Shown: one piece after another, positions 1 to 11,952 of the stretch
How positions within the stretch are numbered: the first letter of the stretch is position 1
Layout: the number at the start of each line of letters is the position of its first letter
NCBI GenBank assembly: GCA_964057225.1
Contig: OZ059900.1
Coordinates: 24,056,001-24,120,000 of the forward strand
DNA length: 64,000 bases
Source: Auanema rhodensis
Taxonomy: Eukaryota > Animalia > Nematoda
Reading direction: 5' to 3'
The notes under the pieces: model-generated
The model's input: only the letters and a program-made list of their open reading frames with translations
The model's database searches: none
What the model was told of the DNA's origin: nothing
Program-made: the position numbers and the translations under genes

Positions 1-3000
1 TAATATAACTGGAAACAGGCAGTACGCGATACGCAAATATTTGAATGACAGCTTTATTACAATACGACTTAGCTTACTCAATCATATCAAGCTTCATGAA
101 CAGGGACTGTTTGTGTAATAGATGATAGCAATGATAGTTTTGTTTCTTTTTTTAATTAACTTTCCAGTACGCGAGTTATCATATTTAGAACGCGATTGCT
201 TCATAATGAAAAATGTTTAGAGCCTGCACTGATAATATAACTGGAAACAGGCAATACTAAAACATTTCAATGACAGCTTTATTACAATAGGACTTAGTTT
301 ACTCAATCATACCAATCTTCATGAACACGGACTGTTTGTGTAATAGATGATAGCAATGATAATTTCGTTTCTTTTTTCAATTAACTTTCCAGTACGCGAG
401 TTATTATATTTAGAACGTGATTCCTTCATAATGAAAAATTTTTAGAGCCTGCACTGATAATATAACTGGAAACAGGCAATACTAAAACATTTGAATGACA
501 GCTTTATTACAATACGACTTAGTTTACTCAATTATATCAAGCTTCATGAACACGGACTGCTTGTGTAATAGATGATAGCAAGGATAGTTTCGTTTCTTTT
601 TTTAATTAACTTTCCAGTACGCGAGTTATAATATTTAGAACGCGATTCCTTGATAATGAAAAACTTTCAGAGCCTGCACTGATAATATAATTGGAAACAG
701 GCAGTACGCAATACGCAAACATTTGAATGACAGCTTTATTACAATACGACTTAGTTTACTCAATCATATCAAGCTTCATGAACACGGACTGTTTGTGCAA
801 TAGATGATAGCAAGGATAGTTTCGTTTCTTTTTTTAATTAACTTTCCAGTACGCGAGTTATAATATTTAGAACGCGATTCCTTGATAATGAAAAACTTTC
901 AGAGCCTGCACTGATAATATAATTGGAAACAGGCAGTACGCAATACGCAAACATTTGAATGACAGCTTTATTACAATACGACTTAGTTTACTCAATCATA
1001 CCAATCTTCATGAACACGGACTGTTTGTGTAATAGATAATAGCAATAATAGTTTCGTTTCTGGTTTTAATTAACTTTCCTGTACGCGAGTTATAATATTT
1101 AGAACGTGATTCCTTGATTATGAAAAATTTTTAGAGCCTGCACTGATAATATAACTGGAAACAGGCAGTACGCGATACGCAAATATTTGAATGACAGCTT
1201 TATTACAATACGACTTAGTTTACTCAATTATATCAAGCTTCATGAACACGGACTGCTTGTGTAATATATAATAGCAATAATAGTTTCGTTTCTGTTTTTA
1301 ATTAACTTTCCTGTACGCGAGTTATAATATTTAGAACGTGATTCCTTGATTATGAAAAACTTTCAGAGCCTGCACTGATAATATAATTGGAAACAGGCAG
1401 TACGCAATACGCAAACATTTGAATGACAGCTTTAATACAATACGACTTAGCTTACTCAATCATATCAAGCTTCATGAACAGGGACTGTTTGTGTAATAGA
1501 TGATAGCAATGATAGTTTCGTTTCTTTTTTTAATTAACTTTCCAGTACGCGAGTTATCATATTTAGAACGCGATTGCTTCATAATGAAAAATGTTTAGAG
1601 CCTGCACTGATAATATAACTGGCAACAGGCAATACGCAAACATTTGAATGACAGCTTTATTACAATACGACTTAGTTTACTCAATCATACCAATCTTCAT
1701 GAACACGGACTGTTTGTGTAATAGATAATAGCAATAATAGTTTCGTTTCTGTTTTTAATTAACTTTCCTGTACGCGAGTTATAATATTTAGAACGTGATT
1801 CCTTGATTATGAAAAATTTTTAGAGCCTGCACTGATAATATAACTGGAAACAGGCAGTACGCGATACGCAAATATTTGAATGACAGCTTTAATACAATAC
1901 GACTTAGCTTACTCAATCATATCAAGCTTCATGAACAGGGACTGCTTGTGTAATAGATGATAGCAAGGATAGTTTCGTTTCTTTTTTTAATTAACTTTCC
2001 TGTACGCGAGTTATAATATTTAGAACGTGATTCCTTGATTATGAAAAACTTTCAGAGCCTGCACTGATAATATAATTGGAAACAGGCAGTACGCAATACG
2101 CAAATATTTGAATGACAGCTTTAATACAATACGACTTAGCTTACTCAATCATATCAAGCTTCATGAACAGGGACTGTTTGTGTAATAGATGATAGCAAGG
2201 ATAGTTTCGTTTCTTTTTTTAATTAACTTTCCAGTACGCGAGTTATAATATTTAGAACGCGATTCCTTGATAATGAAAAACTTTCAGAGCCTGCACTGAT
2301 AATATAATTGGAAACAGGCAGTACGCAATACGCAAACATTTGAATGACAGCTTTATTACAATACGACTTAGTTTACTCAATCATATCAAGCTTCATGAAC
2401 ACGGACTGTTTGTGCAATAGATGATAGCAAGGATAGTTTCGTTTCTTTTTTTAATTAACTTTCCAGTACGCGAGTTATAATATTTAGAACGCGATTCCTT
2501 GATAATGAAAAACTTTCAGAGCCTGCACTGATAATATAATTGGAAACAGGCAGTACGCAATACGCAAACATTTGAATGACAGCTTTATTACAATACGACT
2601 TAGTTTACTCAATCATACCAATCTTCATGAACACGGACTGTTTGTGTAATAGATAATAGCAATAATAGTTTCGTTTCTGGTTTTAATTAACTTTCCTGTA
2701 CGCGAGTTATAATATTTAGAACGTGATTCCTTGATTATGAAAAATTTTTAGAGCCTGCACTGATAATATAACTGGAAACAGGCAGTACGCGATACGCAAA
2801 TATTTGAATGACAGCTTTATTACAATACGACTTAGTTTACTCAATTATATCAAGCTTCATGAACACGGACTGCTTGTGTAATATATAATAGCAATAATAG
2901 TTTCGTTTCTGTTTTTAATTAACTTTCCTGTACGCGAGTTATAATATTTAGAACGTGATTCCTTGATTATGAAAAACTTTCAGAGCCTGCACTGATAATA

Positions 3001-4758
3001 TAATTGGAAACAGGCAGTACGCAATACGCAAACATTTGAATGACAGCTTTAATACAATACGACTTAGCTTACTCAATCATATCAAGCTTCATGAACAGGG
3101 ACTGTTTGTGTAATAGATGATAGCAATGATAGTTTCGTTTCTTTTTTTAATTAACTTTCCAGTACGCGAGTTATCATATTTAGAACGCGATTGCTTCATA
3201 ATGAAAAATGTTTAGAGCCTGCACTGATAATATAACTGGCAACAGGCAATACGCAAACATTTGAATGACAGCTTTATTACAATACGACTTAGTTTACTCA
3301 ATCATACCAATCTTCATGAACACGGACTGTTTGTGTAATAGATAATAGCAATAATAGTTTCGTTTCTGTTTTTAATTAACTTTCCTGTACGCGAGTTATA
3401 ATATTTAGAACGTGATTCCTTGATTATGAAAAATTTTTAGAGCCTGCACTGATAATATAACTGGAAACAGGCAGTACGCGATACGCAAATATTTGAATGA
3501 CAGCTTTAATACAATACGACTTAGCTTACTCAATCATATCAAGCTTCATGAACAGGGACTGCTTGTGTAATAGATGATAGCAATGATAGTTTCGTTTCTT
3601 TTTTTAATTAACTTTCCAGTACGCGAGTTATCATATTTAGAACGCGATTGCTTCATAATGAAAAATGTTTAGAGCCTGCACTGATAATATAACTGGCAAC
3701 AGGCAATACGCAAACATTTGAATGACAGCTTTATTACAATACGACTTAGTTTACTCAATCATATCAAGCTTCATGAACACGGACTGTTTGTGCAATAGAT
3801 GATAGCAAGGATAGTTTCGTTTCTTTTTTTAATTAACTTTCCAGTACGCGAGTTATAATATTTAGAACGCGATTCCTTGATAATGAAAAACTTTCAGAGC
3901 CTGCACTGATAATATAATTGGAAACAGGCAGTACGCAATACGCAAACATTTGAATGACAGCTTTATTACAATACGACTTAGTTTACTCAATTATATCAAG
4001 CTTCATGAACACGGACTGCTTGTGCAATAGATGATAGCAAGGATAGTTTCGTTTCTTTTTTTAATTAACTTTCCAGTACGCGAGTTATAATATTTAGAAC
4101 GCGATTCCTTGATAATGAAAAACTTTCAGAGCCTGCACTGATAATATAATTGGAAACAGGCAGTACGCAATACGCAAACATTTGAATGACAGCTTTATTA
4201 CAATACGACTTAGTTTACTCAATCATATCAAGCTTCATGAACACGGACTGTTTGTGCAATAGATGATAGCAAGGATAGTTTCGTTTCTTTTTTTAATTAA
4301 CTTTCCAGTACGCGAGTTATAATATTTAGAACGCGATTCCTTGATAATGAAAAACTTTCAGAGCCTGCACTGATAATATAATTGGAAACAGGCAGTACGC
4401 AATACGCAAACATTTGAATGACAGCTTTATTACAATACGACTTAGTTTACTCAATCATACCAATCTTCATGAACACGGACTGTTTGTGTAATAGATAATA
4501 GCAATAATAGTTTCGTTTCTGTTTTTAATTAACTTTCCTGTACGCGAGTTATAATATTTAGAACGTGATTCCTTGATTATGAAAAATTTTTAGAGCCTGC
4601 ACTGATAATATAACTGGAAACAGGCAGTACGCGATACGCAAATATTTGAATGACAGCTTTATTACAATACGACTTAGTTTACTCAATTATATCAAGCTTC
4701 ATGAACACGGACTGCTTGTGTAATATATAATAGCAATAATAGTTTCGTTTCTGTTTTT
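1..4758. repeat. Satellite A: head-to-tail tandem array of 232-bp monomers with 225-bp length variants; 20 full units plus ~150 bp, truncated by the left window edge
   Basis: The motif taatataa(c/t)tgg(a/c)aacaggc starts at 1, 233, 458, 683, 915, 1147, 1379, 1611, 1836, 2068, 2300, 2532, 2764, 2996, 3228, 3453, 3685, 3910, 4142, 4374 and 4606 (spacing 232 or 225). The 225-bp units lack one copy of a 7-bp tandem unit (gtacgc(g/a)atacgcaa vs atacgcaa/atactaa). Confidence 0.98.
683..3684. repeat. 7-monomer (1617-bp) higher-order duplication within satellite A
   Basis: Rare variants recur at +1617: tctggtttt at 1062/2679, gtaatatata at 1261/2878, and the 225-bp ggcaacagg unit at 1611/3228. 1617 = 6x232 + 225. 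Confidence 0.9.
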
Positions 4759-4770
4759 CTCATTTTTCAT
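4759..4770. other. 12-nt junction filler (ctcatttttcat) between satellite A and satellite B
   Basis: The A consensus (...ctgttttt|aattaac) matches through 4758. The B consensus (gttcaa|actcatgcaatg) matches from 4771. The 12 nt between match neither consensus exactly. Confidence 0.85.
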
Positions 4771-6480
4771 ACTCATGCAATGTCAATGAAACCTAGCTCA
4801 AAATTGTTCGTACAACGTCTAGTTCCACTTTCACGACAAAAAAACAGGGGTTAGAAAATTAAGGAAATTAGCATATTCTGAGGGCACGCCCCTTATGGCT
4901 AATATTGATTAAATCGATTTTTGTTCATATGAGTCGTCAAATGCAACGAATTTCAGCGTGTTACACACTAAAATGAAGCATTTCACATGCTGAACACTAG
5001 AAGAATACAAAAACACAGTATTTCCCATGAGAAATATTTTATTATGCTGGAAAACCAGTTTTTCGAAATTTCGCTGTAAACAAGGTTTTGACTTACGATT
5101 TCATGTGTTCAAACTCATGCAATGTCAATGAAACCTAGCTCAAAATTGTTCGTACAACGTCTAGTTCCACTTTCACGACAAAAAAACAAGGGTTAGAAAA
5201 TTAAGGAAATTAGCATATTCTGAGGGCACGCCCCTTATGGCTAATATTGATTAAATCGATTTTTGTTCATATGAGTCGTCAAATGCAACGAATTTCAGCG
5301 TGTTACATACTAAAATGAAGCATTTTACATGCTGAACACTAGAAAAATACAAAAACACAGTATTTCCCATGAGAATTATTTTATTATGCTGGAAAACCAG
5401 TTTTTGGAAATTTCGCTGTAAACAAGGTTTTGACTTACGATTTCATGTGTTCAAATTCATGCAATGTCAATGAAACCTAGCTCAAAATTGTTCGTACAAC
5501 GTCTAGTTCCACTTTCACGACAAAAAAACAGGGGTTAGAAAATTAAGGAAATTAGCATATTCTGAGGGCACGCCCCTTATGGCTAATATTGATTAAATCG
5601 ATTTTTGTTCATATGAGTCGTCAAATGCAACGAATTTCAGCGTGTTATATACTAAAATGAAGCATTTTACATGCTGAACACTAGAAAAATACAAAAACAC
5701 AGTATTTCCCATGAGAAATATTTTATCATGCTGGAAAACCAGTTTTTGGAAATTTCGCTGTAAACAAGGTTTTGACTTACGATTTCATGTGTTCAAACTC
5801 ATGCAATGTCAATGAAACCTAGCTCAAAATTGTTTGTACAACGTCTAGTTCCACTTTCACGACAAAAAAACAAGGGTTAGAAAATTAAGGAAATTAGCAT
5901 ATTCTGAGGGCACGCCCCTTATGGCTAATATTGATTAAATCGATTTTTGTTCATATGAGTCGTCAAATGCAACGAATTTCAGCGTGTTGCAAACTAAAAT
6001 GAAGCATTTTACATGCTGAACACTAGAAAAATACAAAAACACAGTATTTCCCATGAGAAATATTTTATTATGCTGGAAAACCAGTTTTTGGAAATTTCGC
6101 TGTAAACAAGGTTTTGACTTACGATTTCATGTGTTCAAACTCATGCAATGTCAATGAAACCTAGCTCAAAATTGTTCGTACAACGTCTAGTTCCACTTTC
6201 AATACAAAAAAACAGGGGTTAGAAAATTAAGGAAATTAGCATATTCTGAGGGCACGCCCCTTATGGCTAATATTGATTAAATCGATTTTTGTTCATATGA
6301 GTCGTCAAATGCAACGAATTTCAGCGTGTTACATACTAAAATGAAGCATTTTACATGCTGAACACTAGAAAAATACAAAAACACAGTATTTCCCATGAGA
6401 AATATTTTATCATGCTGGAAAACCAGTTTTTGGAAATTTCGCTGTAAACAAGGTTTTGACTTACGATTTCATGTGTTCAA

Positions 6481-9400
6481 ACTCATGCAATGTCAATGAA
6501 ACCTAGCTCAAAATTGTTCGTACAACGTCTAGTTCCACTTTCACGACAAAAAAACAGGGGTTAGAAAATTAAGGAAATTAGCATATTCTGAGGGCACGCC
6601 CCTTATGGCTAATATTGATTAAATCGATTTTTGTTCATATGAGTCGTCAAATGCAACGAATTTCAGCGTGTTACAAACTAAAATGAAGCATTTTACATGC
6701 TGAACACTAGAAAAATACAAAAACACAGTATTTCCCATGAGAAATATTTTATTATGCTGGAAAACCAGTTTTTGGAAATTTCGCTGTAAACAAGGTTTTG
6801 ACTTACGATTTCATGTGTTCAAACTCATGCAATGTCAATGAAACCTAGCTCAAAATTGTTCGTACAACGTCTAGTTCCACTTTCACGACAAAAAAACAGG
6901 GGTTAGAAAATTAAGGAAATTAGCATATTCTGAGGGCACGCCCCTTATGGCTAATATTGATTAAATCGATTTTTGTTCATATGAGTCGTCAAATGCAACG
7001 AATTGCAGCGTGTTACATACTAATATGAAGCATTTTACATGCTGAACACTAGAAAAATACAAAAACACAGTATTTCCCATGAGAAATATTTTATTATGCT
7101 GGAAAACCAGTTTTTGGAAATTTCGCTGTAAACAAGGTTTTGACTTACGATTTCATGTGTTCAAACTCATGCAATGTCAATGAAACCTAGCTCAAAATTG
7201 TTCGTACAACGTCTAGTTCCACTTTCTCGACAAAAAAACAGGGGTTAGAAAATTAAGGAAATTAGCATATTCTGAGGGCACGCCCCTTATGGCTAATATT
7301 GATTAAATCGATTTTTGTTCATATGAGTCGTCAAATGCAACGAATTTCAGCGTGTTACATACTAAAATGAAGCATTTTACATGCTGAACACTAGAAAAAT
7401 ACAAAAACACAGTATTTCCCATGAGAAATATTTTATCATGCTGGAAAACCAGTTTTTGGAAATTTCGCTGTAAACAAGGTTTTGACTTACGATATCATGT
7501 GTTCAAACTCGTGCAATGTCAATGAAACCTAGCTCAAAATTGTTCGTACAACGTCTAGTTCCACTTTCACGACAAAAAAACAGGGGTTAGAAAATTAAGG
7601 AAATTAGCATATTCTGAGGGCACGCCCCTTATGGCTAATATTGATTAAATCGATTTTTGTTCATATGAGTCGTCAAATGCAACGAATTTCAGCGTGTTAC
7701 ATACTAAAATGAAGCATTTTACATGCTGAACACTAGAAAAATACAAAAACACAGTATTTCCCATGAGAAATATTTTATTATGCTGGAAAACCAGTTTTTG
7801 GAAATTTCGCTGTAAACAAGGTTTTGACTTACGATTTCATGTGTTCAAACTCATGCAATGTCAATGAAACCTAGCTCAAAATTGTTCGTACAACGTCTAG
7901 TTCCACTTTCACGACAAAAAAACAGGGGTTAGAAAATTAAGGAAATTAGCATATTCTGAGGGCACGCCCCTTATGGCTAATATTGATTAAATCGATTTTT
8001 GTTCATATGAGTCGTCAAATGCAACGAATTGCAGCGTGTTACATACTAATATGAAGCATTTTACATGCTGAACACTAGAAAAATACAAAAACACAGTATT
8101 TCCCATGAGAAATATTTTATTATGCTGGAAAACCAGTTTTTGGAAATTTCGCTGTAAACAAGGTTTTGACTTACGATTTCATGTGTTCAAACTCATGCAA
8201 TGTCAATGAAACCTAGCTCAAAATTGTTCGTACAACGTCTAGTTCCACTTTCTCGACAAAAAAACAGGGGTTAGAAAATTAAGGAAATTAGCATATTCTG
8301 AGGGCACGCCCCTTATGGCTAATATTGATTAAATCGATTTTTGTTCATATGAGTCGTCAAATGCAACGAATTTCAGCGTGTTACATACTAAAATGAAGCA
8401 TTTTACATGCTGAACACTAGAAAAATACAAAAACACAGTATTTCCCATGAGAAATATTTTATCATGCTGGAAAACCAGTTTTTGGAAATTTCGCTGTAAA
8501 CAAGGTTTTGACTTACGATATCATGTGTTCAAACTCGTGCAATGTCAATGAAACCTAGCTCAAAATTGTTCGTACAACGTCTAGTTCCACTTTCACGACA
8601 AAAAAACAGGGGTTAGAAAATTAAGGAAATTAGCATATTCTGAGGGCACGCCCCTTATGGCTAATATTGATTAAATCGATTTTTGTTCATATGAGTCGTC
8701 AAATGCAACGAATTTCAGCGTGTTACATACTAAAATGAAGCATTTTACATGCTGAACACTAGAAAAATACAAAAACACAGTATTTCCCATGAGAAATATT
8801 TTATCATGCTGGAAAACCAGTTTTTGGAAATTTCGCTGTAAACAAGGTTTTGACTTACGATATCATGTGTTCAAACTCGTGCAATGTCAATGAAACCTAG
8901 CTCAAAATTGTTCGTACAACGTCTAGTTCCACTTTCACGACAAAAAAACAGGGGTTAGAAAATTAAGGAAATTAGCATATTCTGAGGGCACGCCCCTTAT
9001 GGCTAATATTGATTAAATCGATTTTTGTTCATATGAGTCGTCAAATGCAACGAATTTCAGCGTGTTACATACTAAAATGAAGCATTTTACATGCTGAACA
9101 CTAGAAAAATACAAAAACACAGTATTTCCCATGAGAAATATTTTATCATGCTGGAAAACCAGTTTTTGGAAATTTCGCTGTAAACAAGGTTTTGACTTAC
9201 GATTTCATGTGTTCAAACTCATGCAATGTCAATGAAACCTAGCTCAAAATTGTTCGTACAACGTCTAGTTCCACTTTCACGACAAAAAAACAGGGGTTAG
9301 AAAATTAAGGAAATTAGCATATTCTGAGGGCACGCCCCTTATGGCTAATATTGATTAAATCGATTTTTGTTCATATGAGTCGTCAAATGCAACGAATTTC

Positions 9401-11952
9401 AGCGTGTTACAAACTAAAATGAAGCATTTTACATGCTGAACACTAGAAAAATACAAAAACACAGTATTTCCCATGAGAAATATTTTATTATGCTGGAAAA
9501 CCAGTTTTTGGAAATTTCGCTGTAAACAAGGTTTTGACTTACGATTTCATGTGTTCAAACTCATGCAATGTCAATGAAACCTAGCTCAAAATTGTTCGTA
9601 CAACGTCTAGTTCCACTTTCACGACAAAAAAACAGGGGTTAGAAAATTAAGGAAATTAGCATATTCTGAGGGCACGCCCCTTATGGCTAATATTGATTAA
9701 ATCGATTTTTGTTCATATGAGTCGTCAAATGCAACGAATTGCAGCGTGTTACATACTAATATGAAGCATTTTACATGCTGAACACTAGAAAAATACAAAA
9801 ACACAGTATTTCCCATGAGAAATATTTTATTATGCTGGAAAACCAGTTTTTGGAAATTTCGCTGTAAACAAGGTTTTGACTTACGATTTCATGTGTTCAA
9901 ACTCATGCAATGTCAATGAAACCTAGCTCAAAATTGTTCGTACAACGTCTAGTTCCACTTTCTCGACAAAAAAACAGGGGTTAGAAAATTAAGGAAATTA
10001 GCATATTCTGAGGGCACGCCCCTTATGGCTAATATTGATTAAATCGATTTTTGTTCATATGAGTCGTCAAATGCAACGAATTTCAGCGTGTTACATACTA
10101 AAATGAAGCATTTTACATGCTGAACACTAGAAAAATACAAAAACACAGTATTTCCCATGAGAAATATTTTATCATGCTGGAAAACCAGTTTTTGGAAATT
10201 TCGCTGTAAACAAGGTTTTGACTTACGATATCATGTGTTCAAACTCGTGCAATGTCAATGAAACCTAGCTCAAAATTGTTCGTACAACGTCTAGTTCCAC
10301 TTTCACGACAAAAAAACAGGGGTTAGAAAATTAAGGAAATTAGCATATTCTGAGGGCACGCCCCTTATGGCTAATATTGATTAAATCGATTTTTGTTCAT
10401 ATGAGTCGTCAAATGCAACGAATTTCAGCGTGTTACATACTAAAATGAAGCATTTTACATGCTGAACACTAGAAAAATACAAAAACACAGTATTTCCCAT
10501 GAGAAATATTTTATTATGCTGGAAAACCAGTTTTTGGAAATTTCGCTGTAAACAAGGTTTTGACTTACGATTTCATGTGTTCAAACTCATGCAATGTCAA
10601 TGAAACCTAGCTCAAAATTGTTCGTACAACGTCTAGTTCCACTTTCACGACAAAAAAACAGGGGTTAGAAAATTAAGGAAATTAGCATATTCTGAGGGCA
10701 CGCCCCTTATGGCTAATATTGATTAAATCGATTTTTGTTCATATGAGTCGTCAAATGCAACGAATTGCAGCGTGTTACATACTAATATGAAGCATTTTAC
10801 ATGCTGAACACTAGAAAAATACAAAAACACAGTATTTCCCATGAGAAATATTTTATTATGCTGGAAAACCAGTTTTTGGAAATTTCGCTGTAAACAAGGT
10901 TTTGACTTACGATTTCATGTGTTCAAACTCATGCAATGTCAATGAAACCTAGCTCAAAATTGTTCGTACAACGTCTAGTTCCACTTTCTCGACAAAAAAA
11001 CAGGGGTTAGAAAATTAAGGAAATTAGCATATTCTGAGGGCACGCCCCTTATGGCTAATATTGATTAAATCGATTTTTGTTCATATGAGTCGTCAAATGC
11101 AACGAATTTCAGCGTGTTACATACTAAAATGAAGCATTTTACATGCTGAACACTAGAAAAATACAAAAACACAGTATTTCCCATGAGAAATATTTTATCA
11201 TGCTGGAAAACCAGTTTTTGGAAATTTCGCTGTAAACAAGGTTTTGACTTACGATATCATGTGTTCAAACTCGTGCAATGTCAATGAAACCTAGCTCAAA
11301 ATTGTTCGTACAACGTCTAGTTCCACTTTCACGACAAAAAAACAGGGGTTAGAAAATTAAGGAAATTAGCATATTCTGAGGGCACGCCCCTTATGGCTAA
11401 TATTGATTAAATCGATTTTTGTTCATATGAGTCGTCAAATGCAACGAATTTCAGCGTGTTACATACTAAAATGAAGCATTTTACATGCTGAACACTAGAA
11501 AAATACAAAAACACAGTATTTCCCATGAGAAATATTTTATCATGCTGGAAAACCAGTTTTTGGAAATTTCGCTGTAAACAAGGTTTTGACTTACGATATC
11601 ATGTGTTCAAACTCGTGCAATGTCAATGAAACCTAGCTCAAAATTGTTCGTACAACGTCTAGTTCCACTTTCACGACAAAAAAACAGGGGTTAGAAAATT
11701 AAGGAAATTAGCATATTCTGAGGGCACGCCCCTTATGGCTAATATTGATTAAATCGATTTTTGTTCATATGAGTCGTCAAATGCAACGAATTTCAGCGTG
11801 TTACATACTAAAATGAAGCATTTTACATGCTGAACACTAGAAAAATACAAAAACACAGTATTTCCCATGAGAAATATTTTATCATGCTGGAAAACCAGTT
11901 TTTGGAAATTTCGCTGTAAACAAGGTTTTGACTTACGATTTCATGTGTTCAA
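6481..11952. repeat. Tandem duplication of an 8-monomer (2736-bp) block with a nested 3-mer duplication
   Basis: The gaattgcag variant is at 7005, 8031, 9741 and 10767. The gatatc variant is at 7491, 8517, 8859 and 10227, 11253, 11595. All pairs are offset by 2736, with inner spacing 1026. Confidence 0.93.

Noticed and set aside
4804-4823. Helitron 3' end (hairpin followed by CTAG) or MITE origin of satellite B
   Set aside because: The stem is only 4 bp and AT-rich, spacing to CTAG is atypical, CTAG occurs three times per monomer, and no termini or target-site duplication are visible.
4846-4854. Telomeric repeat (ggggttag / agggttag)
   Set aside because: There is only one partial unit per monomer and no tandem TTAGG or TTAGGG tract.
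4934-4951. CENP-B-box-like motif on the minus strand (attcgttgcatttgacg)
   Set aside because: It matches the TTCG....A part but lacks the essential CGGG, so it is at chance level.
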